Assembly: GCA_973895155.1 (NCBI GenBank)
Contig: OZ316891.1
Span: forward strand, 14,973,037-15,037,036
Length of the DNA stretch: 64,000 bases
Origin: Marsupella aquatica
Taxonomy: Eukaryota > Plantae > Marchantiophyta
Direction: 5' to 3'
Both the position numbers and the translations under genes were made by a program. Positions 53,745-64,000 of the stretch are shown here, in pieces. How positions within the stretch are numbered: the stretch's first letter is position 1; every line of letters begins with the position of its first letter. Below the pieces are notes generated by a model. It was not told where the DNA came from and ran no database searches. It saw only the letters and a program-made list of their open reading frames with translations.

Positions 53745-53970
53745 TGAGACCGAGGCACAACTAAACGAGGCACGGAGAGTGCGGCAAGGGGCGGATGGCC
53801 AGCTCGGATGACGAGGTGGAGGTCGCATAGAGGCAGAGACGCCGTGAGGCAGAGATGGCACGATAAATGAGGCACTATAAATGAGGCACAGAGGGTGAGG
53901 CAAGGGACAGATGGCCAGGGTAAGGCATGGATGACAAGGCGGAGGGCGCATAGAGAGGCAGAGACGGTGT
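53745..53970. repeat. G/A-rich degenerate repeat (GAGGCA motifs, ~116-bp duplication)
   Basis: GAGGCAC.GAG.GTG.GGCAAGGG..GATGGCCAG...GGATGAC.AGG.GGAGG.CGCATAGAG occurs twice. Confidence 0.7.
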
Positions 53971-54564
53971 ACCGAGAAGTGTTTTCAGCAAATGGCCATG
54001 AAATCTTCCGGCCCAGATGGCAATCAATTCGTAAATAGACAATCAATCAGAATGAGGTAGGGGTAGATACGTTCAATGCCAAAGAACAAAGGCCCTAAAC
54101 CAGGAGGCAAGACGGCGCGTGGGGAGGTGGAAGAACAATTTACTAGGATTTTACAGACTGACACAGAAGACCAGTGAGTGCATAATTCTTCGGAGGGGCT
54201 ATCACGATCAGTAGGACCTTTGACCTCTTTGAATCAGAGAAGGATGCTCATCATCAGAAGTTCAGCAAGAGGAGTTTGTTGAGAAAGTCATCTGATGTAA
54301 ATTTTTAGAGCTTTAACATCTTTTGAATTATGTATTGGATGAATACGGGATTGAATTGTCAAACAACGGTTTGAGCAACCTGGGGTGATAATTCCAATTT
54401 GCAGCAAAATGTGTAAAAGATTGTCAGGATGGTAGTATGTGGTTGAGTCATGACTAGGGTATTAAAACATGCAATCCCACTGTATAATCAGTAAAGCATA
54501 TGGATTGTCACTTTAGAGTTCCTTCTATGAGGCAAAGGTCACCTAATCCATCCTGGACCAAATG

Positions 54565-54724
54565 TGACTAGTCAAACATGTTACCATTCTTCAGTTTGAG
54601 ATGTAGCTGCTCATGAACTTGAAACTATATTTACAACACCAAAATGACTAGTCAAACATGTTACCATTCTTCAGTTTGAGATGTAGCTGCTCATGAACTT
54701 GAAACTATGTTTACAACACCAAAA
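54565..54724. repeat. Near-perfect 80-bp tandem duplication
   Basis: TGACTAGTCAAACATGTTACCATTC...TTTACAACACCAAAA starts at 54565 and 54645, with one mismatch. Confidence 0.95.
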
Positions 54725-56814
54725 ATCTGTTTGCTTTGCTTAAATTTTGAAACAAATCAAATGGCTCAATTTTTTGTGTATTACCAGATTGAGTAAGTCT
54801 CCAGTAGTTCCGGTCTTATAGTGTTTACCTGCAAAAATTCTTTGTGTTTTGGATGCTAAAGCAAGCTCAGAAAGTATGTGTTTTTTAAAGTGTTTTTAAA
54901 GTTTTTCGTGTTCTAGGACAAGGGAAGAATAAACATTCATGGACAAGACGTCGAAGGAGTTATACCTAGATACAAAGACTATTATCCAAATATGATCTTT
55001 CCTAGCACAAGGGGTTGCAGGATCATATCTAGGGCAGCATTTGCATTTGGTGCCTTGTGCTTGGAGCTTGTAGGAAGTTCTCATTACGTCACAGCCATCC
55101 TCATGGGCTGTTTTCGAGGGCTACTTTGTTGTGACATCTGTTTGGTGGATTCCTGGGAGATTATTTGTCTACTCTGCTACCAAATTAATACAGGCACAAT
55201 TCTGCTCCCTCAGATCAGTGCTGGTTCTGGGATTCCACTACGAGCAATTCTCTTTCTCGCTCTGCCCAGGGACCCTTCAACACCTGTTGCACAGAGCCGT
55301 CTTATTTATCATGGGCATCATGATCAGCTGGAATGGTTCTGCAACTAATGGGTATACACAAGATGCCTGTCAGTTTTCTCCACGAGTTTTGCAGCAAGTA
55401 TGTTGTGGTGAATCTGATTCTGTTGTAGTGCTCCCTCGATGACAGTTTTGGCTCACTTTTCTGTGTGGATGAGTCACACTCAGTTTCCAAGACTGTTGAA
55501 TGTGCAGCCAATCATTGCAGTGATAGTGTGCCTGAAAAATTTCAGGCCTAATATTTATGCCCTAGACTGGACATTTAGGGCGGTGTTTGCATCATTTGCC
55601 TTTCCTTGTGTGTGCCTTCTTGCAGAAAATCTTCATGGCTATGTCCCTCTTATAAAGGGAGCAGACGAGTAGGAGTAGGTGGTTGACACACCCAGATCTA
55701 CAATTTGAGTCATAGAATAGCCCTCTCTGGCCAAGTAATGAAATGACATTCATAGTCCAAAAATTCCAGAAAACAACATATGCTCTTCATATGGAGTACT
55801 CCATCTGAAATGAGTATTGTCGTAATTAACAGGTTAAGTGGAGTACTTTATACTCGTGGGTCTCAGTATATGGAGGTCTCCCCATCACCTTAGACCTTGC
55901 ATCCCCTAAAATGTGATTAATTAATTATTTTTACCCATATAAAGCTGACTGTATATTCTTGCCATATTCATAAATTTTGATTAAAAATACACTAATGTTC
56001 TTATAAGTTTCAAGATTGGATCTGAAAAAACACCATTGGTGTTTTGAGAAAATTCTTAAATTTTCTCTTAGAATCAATAAAATATCTTATCTATGGTTGC
56101 ACCCATAAATTGACCATATCTTTTGTTGCACGTGATGTGCCATTATTTTACCATAATATTAATAGATTGACCAAAGTGGTGACCCGAATACACAAAAAGA
56201 GTTTAGGGTTTAGAGTTTAGGGTTTATTATACTGCACTCTAGGTCGACTGGCCATACCAAACATCCATAGCACAAGCTTTCCCTATCTCTCAACTGGCTC
56301 TGTAACAATGCGACTGAGTTTTTCTTCTCCAAATAAACACCATTTGAGTATAGTGTGTGCACAATATGACCAACCTAGAACCTAGTTTGCAACTAAGATT
56401 AGCCATAATTGTGGTATAATAGTAACTCTAGACCTAAGAATAAATCCTAAGATCATGCGGATTACAGCTTACAGCAAGAAAGTCATTGATATCAGCCAAG
56501 ATATTAGCATTGTAAAACTCCAATACAACACTTTTGAGCTCATTCAGCCGTAGCGAGTCCCAAATGTCTCCCCCATGTAGATCTCCTAGCCTTTGAGGCA
56601 CCCATAGACTGGTTTAAGCAAAAAGGAAGTATTGGAGGGAGTATTGGTTGTTGACTATTTGACCTTTTGGTCAAAACCAACTTTGTTACAGCACATTTGA
56701 TGTTTCTACTCCAAGAAGACTCCATAGTTAGGCGTTTGATCTTGTTGTTCAAAAAAGTGATTTATTTATAACTGTAACTATGGTTTGGCAAAATCAAAAT
56801 CAAAATCAAAACAG

Positions 56815-56961
56815 TAACACAAATCTTCCATTCATATCTGTGTGATAAGTATTTTGCTAGAAGATATTCATCTGTGTGTTGTATTTTGCTAGAAGATATT
56901 CATCTGTGGGTTGTGTGTGATATATATTTTGCTAGAAGATGAATGGAAGATTTGGTGTTAC
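56815..56961. repeat. Small fold-back element with internal tandem repeats
   Basis: GTAACAC-AAATCTTCCATTCAT and ATGAATGGAAGATTTGGTGTTAC form inverted ends enclosing three copies of TTTTGCTAGAAGAT. Confidence 0.75.
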
Positions 56962-57984
56962 TTTCAGTTCTGGACCAAGAGGCATGAAGCAAATGTCATG
57001 TTCTCGTTACGACACAAACTAATATTAGATTTGATACATTCGTTCATACCAAAATGGCAGATTTGATATTGTTAGCCCATTCAACTGAACCTTCCCATCG
57101 GGCTTCCGATTCTTGGCTGCACCTGGTCTACTTGGAATGAACGGGATGGAAGTTAGTAACTGTATGTACCACTCCAATTTGCAGCGAGATCCCGGACGCA
57201 ACACGCTCCGCATTGACCATGCGGAATTCTGCGTAACGATTTGGCGTGCCTCCGGACCAACTAGCTTTGCCGCGAAAAAGCCCTCAGTCAGTAGATTCCG
57301 TCTAACTCACTATATTTTCTGGAAGGGGCCAATCGCAATCATCTTGGACGAATTCAACGGGGCATGTGCAGTCTTTAATAAGTGTTGGTTTGTCGAGACG
57401 CTAAACTGAAATGGAAGTGCTGGTTTGTCATGACTCTAAAAAGGAAAAAACTTGTCCAGGAGTTGCTTTGCTGACGATTCAGAGGTAGTGAACGAATCAT
57501 GGTCATTTGCAATCAGCTAACGTAAGGTTACGTACATTGTGAGGCGGTTGCTGCTACATTTGGTTCTGGGTGTCCACTAGTTGTGCGTAACATACCTGAT
57601 TATTGGTCTTCCTTTCCGAAATAGGAGCTAGCTGCGACTTCCGTCCACTGAGCTTGCACGTCGACCACCTGCTTCAATTACCTACAATGTGAACCCACAG
57701 AAAACTTAACGGAAAAGATTCTATATCGAAATTCTAAGCGTTTAACAGGACGAACTTCTTGCTTCTATCCTTAGTTGGGTGTAGAGATCCACTAATTTAT
57801 GAACAACCTTTGCAGTAGTTGCGACAGCTGAAACTTACCACAAATGAGAAGTTCGCGCGTTAGCAGATCAACAGAACCTTCTGACCAGCGGTCCACTTAC
57901 TTGACTGCCATAGCAACATAGCATATTGTATGACACGTATCTATCGCAAGGCAACGTGTTAGAATCCGGTACGGCACTTGTAGT

Positions 57985-58170
57985 AGTAAGAGGTGACGCA
58001 GATTATACTTGAAGCATGAAATGCTATATATCAAACTGTCAGACAACAAGAGGCTCCTTGTTACCTGGCGAGACCATAGTAAGAGGTGACGGCGATTATA
58101 CTTCAAGCATGAATTGCTGTATATCAAACTGTCAGACAACAAGAGGCTCCTTGTTACCTGGCGAGACCAT
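57985..58170. repeat. 93-bp tandem duplication
   Basis: AGTAAGAGGTGACG...CAAACTGTCAGACAACAAGAGGCTCCTTGTTACCTGGCGAGACCAT occurs twice with a few substitutions. Confidence 0.9.
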
Positions 58171-58984
58171 GCCATTGCAAACGCGAAAGACCCAATCAAC
58201 GGGAAGCAACCAAAGAGCCGAAAACTTGAAAGCCACGACCCGTAAGTATTAATATTCCGTGGCCGTCAGTCATGAAATCATGCTAATATGTACTACGGTG
58301 TTAAGTTGTATTTGCTGTGGAACAGGCATGTTTTGAAACGCCGCCGGCTCAGTCTATCAAGGTCGTGCCGTCATGGTTTTGACGTACTACATCTGGAGCG
58401 AGAGTAGAACCACTTAGCTAGACGTTGGCGAGAACCTTCGACCCCATCTTAGCTTCCGCAACACGCAAACCTCTATAGAACTTTGGCTTGGTTACTGGCA
58501 ACAGCGCCTGTATCTCTATAGAACTCACTGGTTTGTCTTGAACGATCACACTGCACTTCATTAAGTGCAACAGCATACATACAGCTTAGATATATATGGT
58601 TAGTGGTGACTGCACTTGTACGTAGTAGAACCGATTGAAGCGTGGTGACTGCACTGGTACGTAGTAGAACTGAAGCAGTACGTCAAGCTGTATACCAGCC
58701 AGCAAAGGTGAGAACAAAAAGGACCTTTACTATGTCATTGTGTCCTGTATACGTACTGACTCGGCCTTGAGTTAGAGTGGTGATTCTGCTCAAGTAGTTA
58801 CGGCCCCTGCTAGAGTGATGTGCTTAGCGATTAATAATCTAGATTTCCATTGGAAAGCATATTTATTGTCTAGTTGGCAGCTCTTCCTGTTTGATTCTCT
58901 CGTTCTTTTTACAATTATGCAATTATGACCCAAGCCCAAAATCTCTTGCCGTAGATTCATAATTTAAAGATATCTAATCATGTC

Positions 58985-60245
58985 TTGGAGCATTCATAAT
59001 CCTTTGTCTCATTCACTTATTGGGCCAAGGCTGTTGGTTTTGGGCTTCTAGTCAAATTGCTCTCCCTGACCCTCATATAAAGTTTACTTATGAGCTCTAC
59101 CATGCTTTTCAGTGACATTCACGTACTATGCTTTGTCACATTCCCTCGTCAGGCCGAGGCTGCTGTTTTGATCAAAGTTCTAGCTGGGGCTTCTAGTTCT
59201 CCGATGAAGCTTCCTTCAGAGGTCTACCAGGCTTTTTCAGTGACGTACATTAAAGTACTATCCTTTGTCACATTCACTCGTCGGGCCGAGGCTGTTGGTT
59301 TCCGGGCTTCTAGTATCACTCTTCCTGATTCTCCGAAAAAGTTTCATCTACTTCGGAGCTCTACCAGACTTTTCAGTGACATTCATGTACTATCCTTTGT
59401 CACATTTACTCGTCAGGCCAAGGCTGTTGGTTTCCGGGCTTCTTGTATTACATTTCCTGATTCTCTGATAAAGTCTAGCTACTTCAGAGCCCTACGAGCC
59501 TTTTCATTGACATGCATGTACTACATATATATCCTTTGTCACATTCACTCGTCGGGCCGAGGCTGTTGGTTTTTGGGCTTTTTGTATTACTCTTCCTGAT
59601 TCTCCCATAAAGTCCACTTCAGAGCTCTACAAGGGTATTCATTGACAATCACTTACAGTTATATATATATCCTTTGTCACATTCACTTGTCTTGTTGGGC
59701 CGAGGCTGTTGGTTTTTGGATTTCTAGTAATATCTCTTCCTGATTCTCTGATAAAGTACGTGTCCTTCAGAGCTCTACCGGGCTTTTCAGTGAGTGAGAT
59801 TCATTATCCTTTGTTTGGCCGAGCTAGGCAGTCAGGTTTGGGGCTTCTAGTCAATTAAATTCCTGTTATTCGTGACCCTGACTCCTATACAGTTTACTTT
59901 GGAGCTTTACCAGTCTTTTTGATCAGATTTTATTTGGCTGCAATCACTATCCTTTGTTGGGCTGAGGCAGTCAATTATTTTAGGGTTTGTAGTCAGAATT
60001 CTGTTTAATTTGTGACTCTCTGAGTCATATACAGTTTACTTAGGAGCTCTACCAGGTTTTTCAGACCTTTGCCACATTCATGATCCTTTGTCAAGGCGGA
60101 CACACTCAGTTTTAGGACTTCTAGTCAGATTCTTTTTTGCGATACTCTTAAATATACAGTTTATTTATGAGCTCTACCAGGGTTTTGAGATTTTTGCTCA
60201 CTTACTAGGCTTTAGCCAAGTTGAATGGTAGTATTTAGGGCTCTA
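58985..60245. repeat. Tandem array of ~130-143 bp units, nine clear copies plus one degenerate copy
   Basis: The anchor ATCCTTTGT occurs at ~58999, 59128 (as ATGCTTTGT), 59260, 59392, 59531, 59669, 59806, 59949 and 60083. Units share GGCC(G/A)AGGC, GGGCTTCTAGT and GAGCTCTACC. Confidence 0.92.
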
Positions 60246-60754
60246 GTTGTTGCTCATTATTTTGGCTCTAGTCTAGCCGGTCAACAGTAGGGCTCTAGTT
60301 CTAGTTTCCGTGATTTTTAGTTTGTTCCCCCCCCCCCCCCACCTCTATTGGGTGTCTTGCCCTCTGGATCCTATGGACCCTTTTGCAGTTTTCTATATAC
60401 TACTTAACAAAGCCTTGATGAAATCATGTTACTTAGTACTACATTGTTGTGTGTGGTATGAAGATTACGTTCACGCGCATGTTCCGAGGCTACCCCGCGT
60501 CTCCCCTGGTGAACGTGGCCAACTTCTTGTTCGAATTGGGGACAGAATTGGGAACAGAATGTATGAAGTTTCAACTTCGGACGTACTGAGTGGCATGACT
60601 GTTATCATGACACTTTACCTTACGGTCGACAGGCTGAGCCCTAAACTGTAAGTCTGCTCACGTTCCTTCAAACGTCCTCGGTGAGATTTTGTTTTGCTTC
60701 TCAATCATAGGCCTTTGTTTTACGGCAGTGTTCTAATAGATTTATGCTTGATCG

Positions 60755-62395
60755 ATGTGCAGTCGGGACAAACCTCCACCTAGGTGGAAAGCGTCGTCAA
60801 AGCCCTACTATCGTAAATTTATCCAGGATCATTTGAGTCCCAACATTTTGTTGAATGGAATATTGTTTTTCGCATTTACAATTCTAATGTACCAGAGAGT
60901 GCCGGAAGTGCGCTTAGAAAACTTTGGAGTGGAGAAGTGTGCTGCTGTGACACCAATTAGGGAGTCCAACGTGAAGCCCTCATCCCAGCCCTCATCTAAG
61001 TTCATGTCAGACTGGTGGAATGGACGCAAATGTGCTACAAATGTCCGGATGAAGCCTCAAGTCTGGTCAAAACTACCGACAGATCTATTGCTAACGATCA
61101 TCGCCAAGTTGCCCTTGCAAAGCATTCTTCAATTACGGTCTGTCTGTAAGGAATGGCGAGCTCTTGCATGTCACCATAGCTGCCTTGACTCGAGCTTTGC
61201 GTTGTCATCTCGAGTAGAAACCAGTACAGCTTCTTATCCGCCTATTTATATTTGCTTACTCCAGAACAACCAGTGGGGAGTATACAATCCCACATCAAAC
61301 GCCTGGAGCGTTCTTCCACATTCTTTCATACCAAAATACTACCCAGTTTATCCTTTGCATCGAATCCCAATTGCAAGTGTAGGAAGCATCCTCCTTCTCC
61401 GAGGGGTGGAGCATGGGAGCACGGTTTTCTTCGTTGTCAATCCAGTGAACAAGTCTGAGCGAAAGCTTCCGGCCCTCCCTCAACCTCGACCTGACGTGTT
61501 AAAAGACATAGGTCTCATTGCACTCTTGGAGTCTGGTGCATGGATCGCAGAGAGCAAGGAGACGGGAGACTTCCGAGTCGTTAGCGATGAAGAGTACATC
61601 GTCGATCATCCTGTCGAGCCTTACAAGATCATTCATTTCTTGAGTGTATATGATTCCAGAACCGATTCCTGGACTCTGAAATGGGCCCTTGTGCCGGATC
61701 TGCAGTCGAAATGTATTAGACAAGTGGTGATGTTAAGAGATCAGCTTTTGTGCCTACTGGAGCTACCGCAATTCAGTTTCGCCCTCCTTAACCTAAGCTC
61801 TTTCGAAGAGCACCGAGTGAGCGATGACGGCGGGCAGCAATGGAATACGTGCATGAACTTGGACTATAAGATGAGATTCGAACTCTGGCCGCATGCAATT
61901 TACATTGTACAACAGAAAGGCTCGGAGAAGGGGTTCTTCAACCTTCCAAACGATATTTCCGGTGCTCAGCTCTTTGAATGGGGAGGATGCTTGATGTTAG
62001 TGACTAAGCCTAGAAAAATTCTTTTCCAGGGAAAATCAATTATGATGACCATGCAAATTTTGGAGTTCAGTCCGGAGAGGTACGAGTGGGTTAGATTTCA
62101 GACTATGCCTATGGAGCTTCTCGACCATGTTTCTAGTGGCGAGCTTATCCATCAAGTGTCCGCTGGCGATCCAAAGTTCAAATATGTTGATGATTCCCAC
62201 CACTATAGCATTCAAATCAACGGAACTTACATAGCTTTGAGCAACTTCTATACGGGGAAGACGGCCATGTGTAATGTCTCTACAGGAATCTGGTGGCTCT
62301 TGCCACCAAAGTCTACTGAAGTCTTGAAAGCCCTTCCTGACCAAGAAACACAGAGGTGTACTTTTCTTTTAAAGCCCTCTCTAGAGATTGTGTGA
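60755..62395 (+). CDS. Intronless F-box protein with a divergent beta-rich C-terminus; true start uncertain
   Basis: 546-aa ORF with F-box motif PQVWSKLPTDLLLTIIAKLPLQSILQLRSVCKEWRAL. Downstream motifs VYNPTSNAW, FFVVNPVNKSERKLP, VYDSRTDSW and EW..FQTMP.EL are typical of plant F-box/kelch-like proteins. Confidence 0.88.
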   Translation: MCSRDKPPPRWKASSKPYYRKFIQDHLSPNILLNGILFFAFTILMYQRVPEVRLENFGVEKCAAVTPIRESNVKPSSQPSSKFMSDWWNGRKCATNVRMKPQVWSKLPTDLLLTIIAKLPLQSILQLRSVCKEWRALACHHSCLDSSFALSSRVETSTASYPPIYICLLQNNQWGVYNPTSNAWSVLPHSFIPKYYPVYPLHRIPIASVGSILLLRGVEHGSTVFFVVNPVNKSERKLPALPQPRPDVLKDIGLIALLESGAWIAESKETGDFRVVSDEEYIVDHPVEPYKIIHFLSVYDSRTDSWTLKWALVPDLQSKCIRQVVMLRDQLLCLLELPQFSFALLNLSSFEEHRVSDDGGQQWNTCMNLDYKMRFELWPHAIYIVQQKGSEKGFFNLPNDISGAQLFEWGGCLMLVTKPRKILFQGKSIMMTMQILEFSPERYEWVRFQTMPMELLDHVSSGELIHQVSAGDPKFKYVDDSHHYSIQINGTYIALSNFYTGKTAMCNVSTGIWWLLPPKSTEVLKALPDQETQRCTFLLKPSLEIV

Positions 62396-62703
62396 TATTA
62401 GATGATTCAATTTGTTTGTGGACCCAGTCCTCTCACCTTGTTATTACGCATTTACTGGTAGGTTAGGACTTGGGGGGTGGGGGCGGTGTGGTTTTCATTA
62501 TATGGAGTGCCATATATTGAGTGCAAAGTTTTAGGGTTTGATTCCCATAAGTTATAAATGAAAATTATTATATATATATATATATTTATTTAGATATTTT
62601 TTATTAATTTTTTAAAAAACTTTAAAGAAAATGTTTTTTACACTTAAATAGGTTTATATATTCTTTAGTCAACTAGTCAATAAAACATATTCTATGTGTT
62701 TTT

Positions 62704-63033
62704 CCACTAAACTTTGGGAGTATTCCGTCAGGCCCATTTAAATGAACCTTTACCACTCAACTTTGGGAGTATTCCTGTCACGTCCATTTAAATGAACTTA
62801 TACTTCGTCACACTTCATATGCCACTGGATATTAATGTCACTTCCCCATCCATAAAAAACTCAAATGTCCTAGTCAAAACTCCAATGTCCCATGGCTTAC
62901 TATTTGAATACTCTACCCTGGCTGATATTAATGTCACTTCCATGGAAGTGACCCCCATAGATAATAAAACTCAAATGCCCTAGTCAAAACTCCAATGTCC
63001 CGTGGCTTACTATTTGAATACTCCACCCTGGCC
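62704..63033. repeat. Two adjacent imperfect tandem duplications (~50 bp and ~95-110 bp)
   Basis: CCACT.AACTTTGGGAGTATTCC...CCATTTAAATGAAC occurs twice. It is followed by two copies of GATATTAATGTCACTTCC...AAAACTCAAATG.CCTAGTCAAAACTCCAATGTCCC.TGGCTTACTATTTGAATACTC.ACCCTGGC. Confidence 0.85.
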
Positions 63034-63107
63034 ACTGTTTGGGGGAAGATGGTAAGTGACTGGGGTCTGATACTATTGTTGGAGACTATGTTGTCGTAAA
63101 TCGCAGC

Positions 63108-63509
63108 TGTGTGTAGTGCTTGCCAACAATGATTTCTCAGCGCTGTGCTGCAGAATTCTTTGTGCTGCAGAATCCTTTCCTGCGTCCAGTCTGCCCTCAC
63201 CCTCCCAGACTTCCTCTCAGTGACGTATGCTAATGCAGGGCAGGATTTACGTTTAGGGTAATGCAGGGCTGGGGTTACTAGGCTGTAACCTGCTCCCGGA
63301 ATATTCAAAGAAGTTTTCCGGCCGCAGATCAGCTTCTTTTCATATTCCGGACAAGGTTACAGCCTAGTAACCCTGCACCCAGACCTGCATTACCCTATAC
63401 TAAATGTGTGCAGTGCTTGCCAACAATGATTTCTCAGCGCTGTTCTTTGTGCTGCAGAACCCTTTCCTGCGTCCAGTCTGCCCTCACCCTCCCAGACTTC
63501 CTCTCAGTG
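63108..63509. repeat. ~105-115 bp direct repeats flanking the hairpin
   Basis: TGTGTG.AGTGCTTGCCAACAATGATTTCTCAGCGCTGT...CCCAGACTTCCTCTCAGTG occurs at 63108-63222 and 63405-63509. Confidence 0.9.
63254..63397. mobile_element. MITE-like 144-bp fold-back (hairpin) element
   Basis: Left arm TAGGGTAATGCAGG..GGGTTACTAGGCTGTAACCT..CCGGAATAT..AAAGAAG pairs with its reverse complement in the right arm. The terminal TA could be a TSD. Confidence 0.65.
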
Positions 63510-64000
63510 CCGTGCCCTCGGTGGTCCAAGCATGCACTGCGACCCCCACCAGGCCTTCGACTTTGTCCACACTCTTATGTGCGCAGCTCTTAGAGAAACC
63601 CCACGTTTGTAGAGAGGATAGTTTACGTACACATTTTTAAATGTATATGGTGGATGGTGAGCCTCAGTTCAGATTTCTCTGCAAGAATTATTCATTCCTC
63701 TGCTTTCTCACATACCTTAACACTTCAGTGAAGCAGTATGTGTGCTTAAAAGAAGAGGAATTTGTTGAGGGTGTTACATACTAGCACACCCTCTCCTAGT
63801 TTGCAACCAAAAACCGCAAGCTGGCCAATTTCATAATCGCTACCTGGTCTTGTTGCCGATAACTGCTGTGTGTGCAAGCCTGCTTCCTCTCTGTGGTGTG
63901 TCAATTGACTCTTTAACGAGATATTGCTGTCATGTCAATTTCCCTGCTGCAGCTGTCACATTCGTCCCCATTGGGTTCATGTAACTCTGCCTATCGGCTT

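Noticed and set aside
54930-55672. Cluster of overlapping 70-120 aa ORFs suggesting a pseudogene
   Set aside because: No recognisable motif or consistent splice structure; it would need BLASTX to revive.
57025-57409. CpG-richer island with ORFs on both strands
   Set aside because: No family motif recognised in the frames I translated.
59090-59599. 169-aa ORF with internal peptide repeats
   Set aside because: A by-product of the 132-bp (44-codon) period of the tandem array; neighbouring units break the frame.

Overview
Eukaryotic, intron-rich nuclear DNA from a land plant. A Rab23 gene suggests a lineage with flagellated sperm, such as a bryophyte or liverwort (inference). I spliced seven protein-coding genes by eye: an AT3G12590-like conserved unknown protein (+), a Rab23-type GTPase (-), a serine carboxypeptidase-like clade II enzyme (+), an AIM25/phospholipid-scramblase protein (-), the plastid SET-domain protein PTAC14 (-), a DUF810/Munc13-like protein (+) and an intronless F-box protein (+). 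Intergenic DNA holds a 1.49-kb Mutator-like element with TIRs and a perfect 9-bp TSD, a 326-bp solo LTR with a 5-bp TSD, several fold-back elements, a ~135-bp tandem array upstream of the F-box gene and many short tandem duplications. I found no rRNA, intact tRNA or CRISPR array, and nothing I can claim as a new biological system. Family calls rest on remembered motifs, not database searches, and exon coordinates may be off by a few bases.
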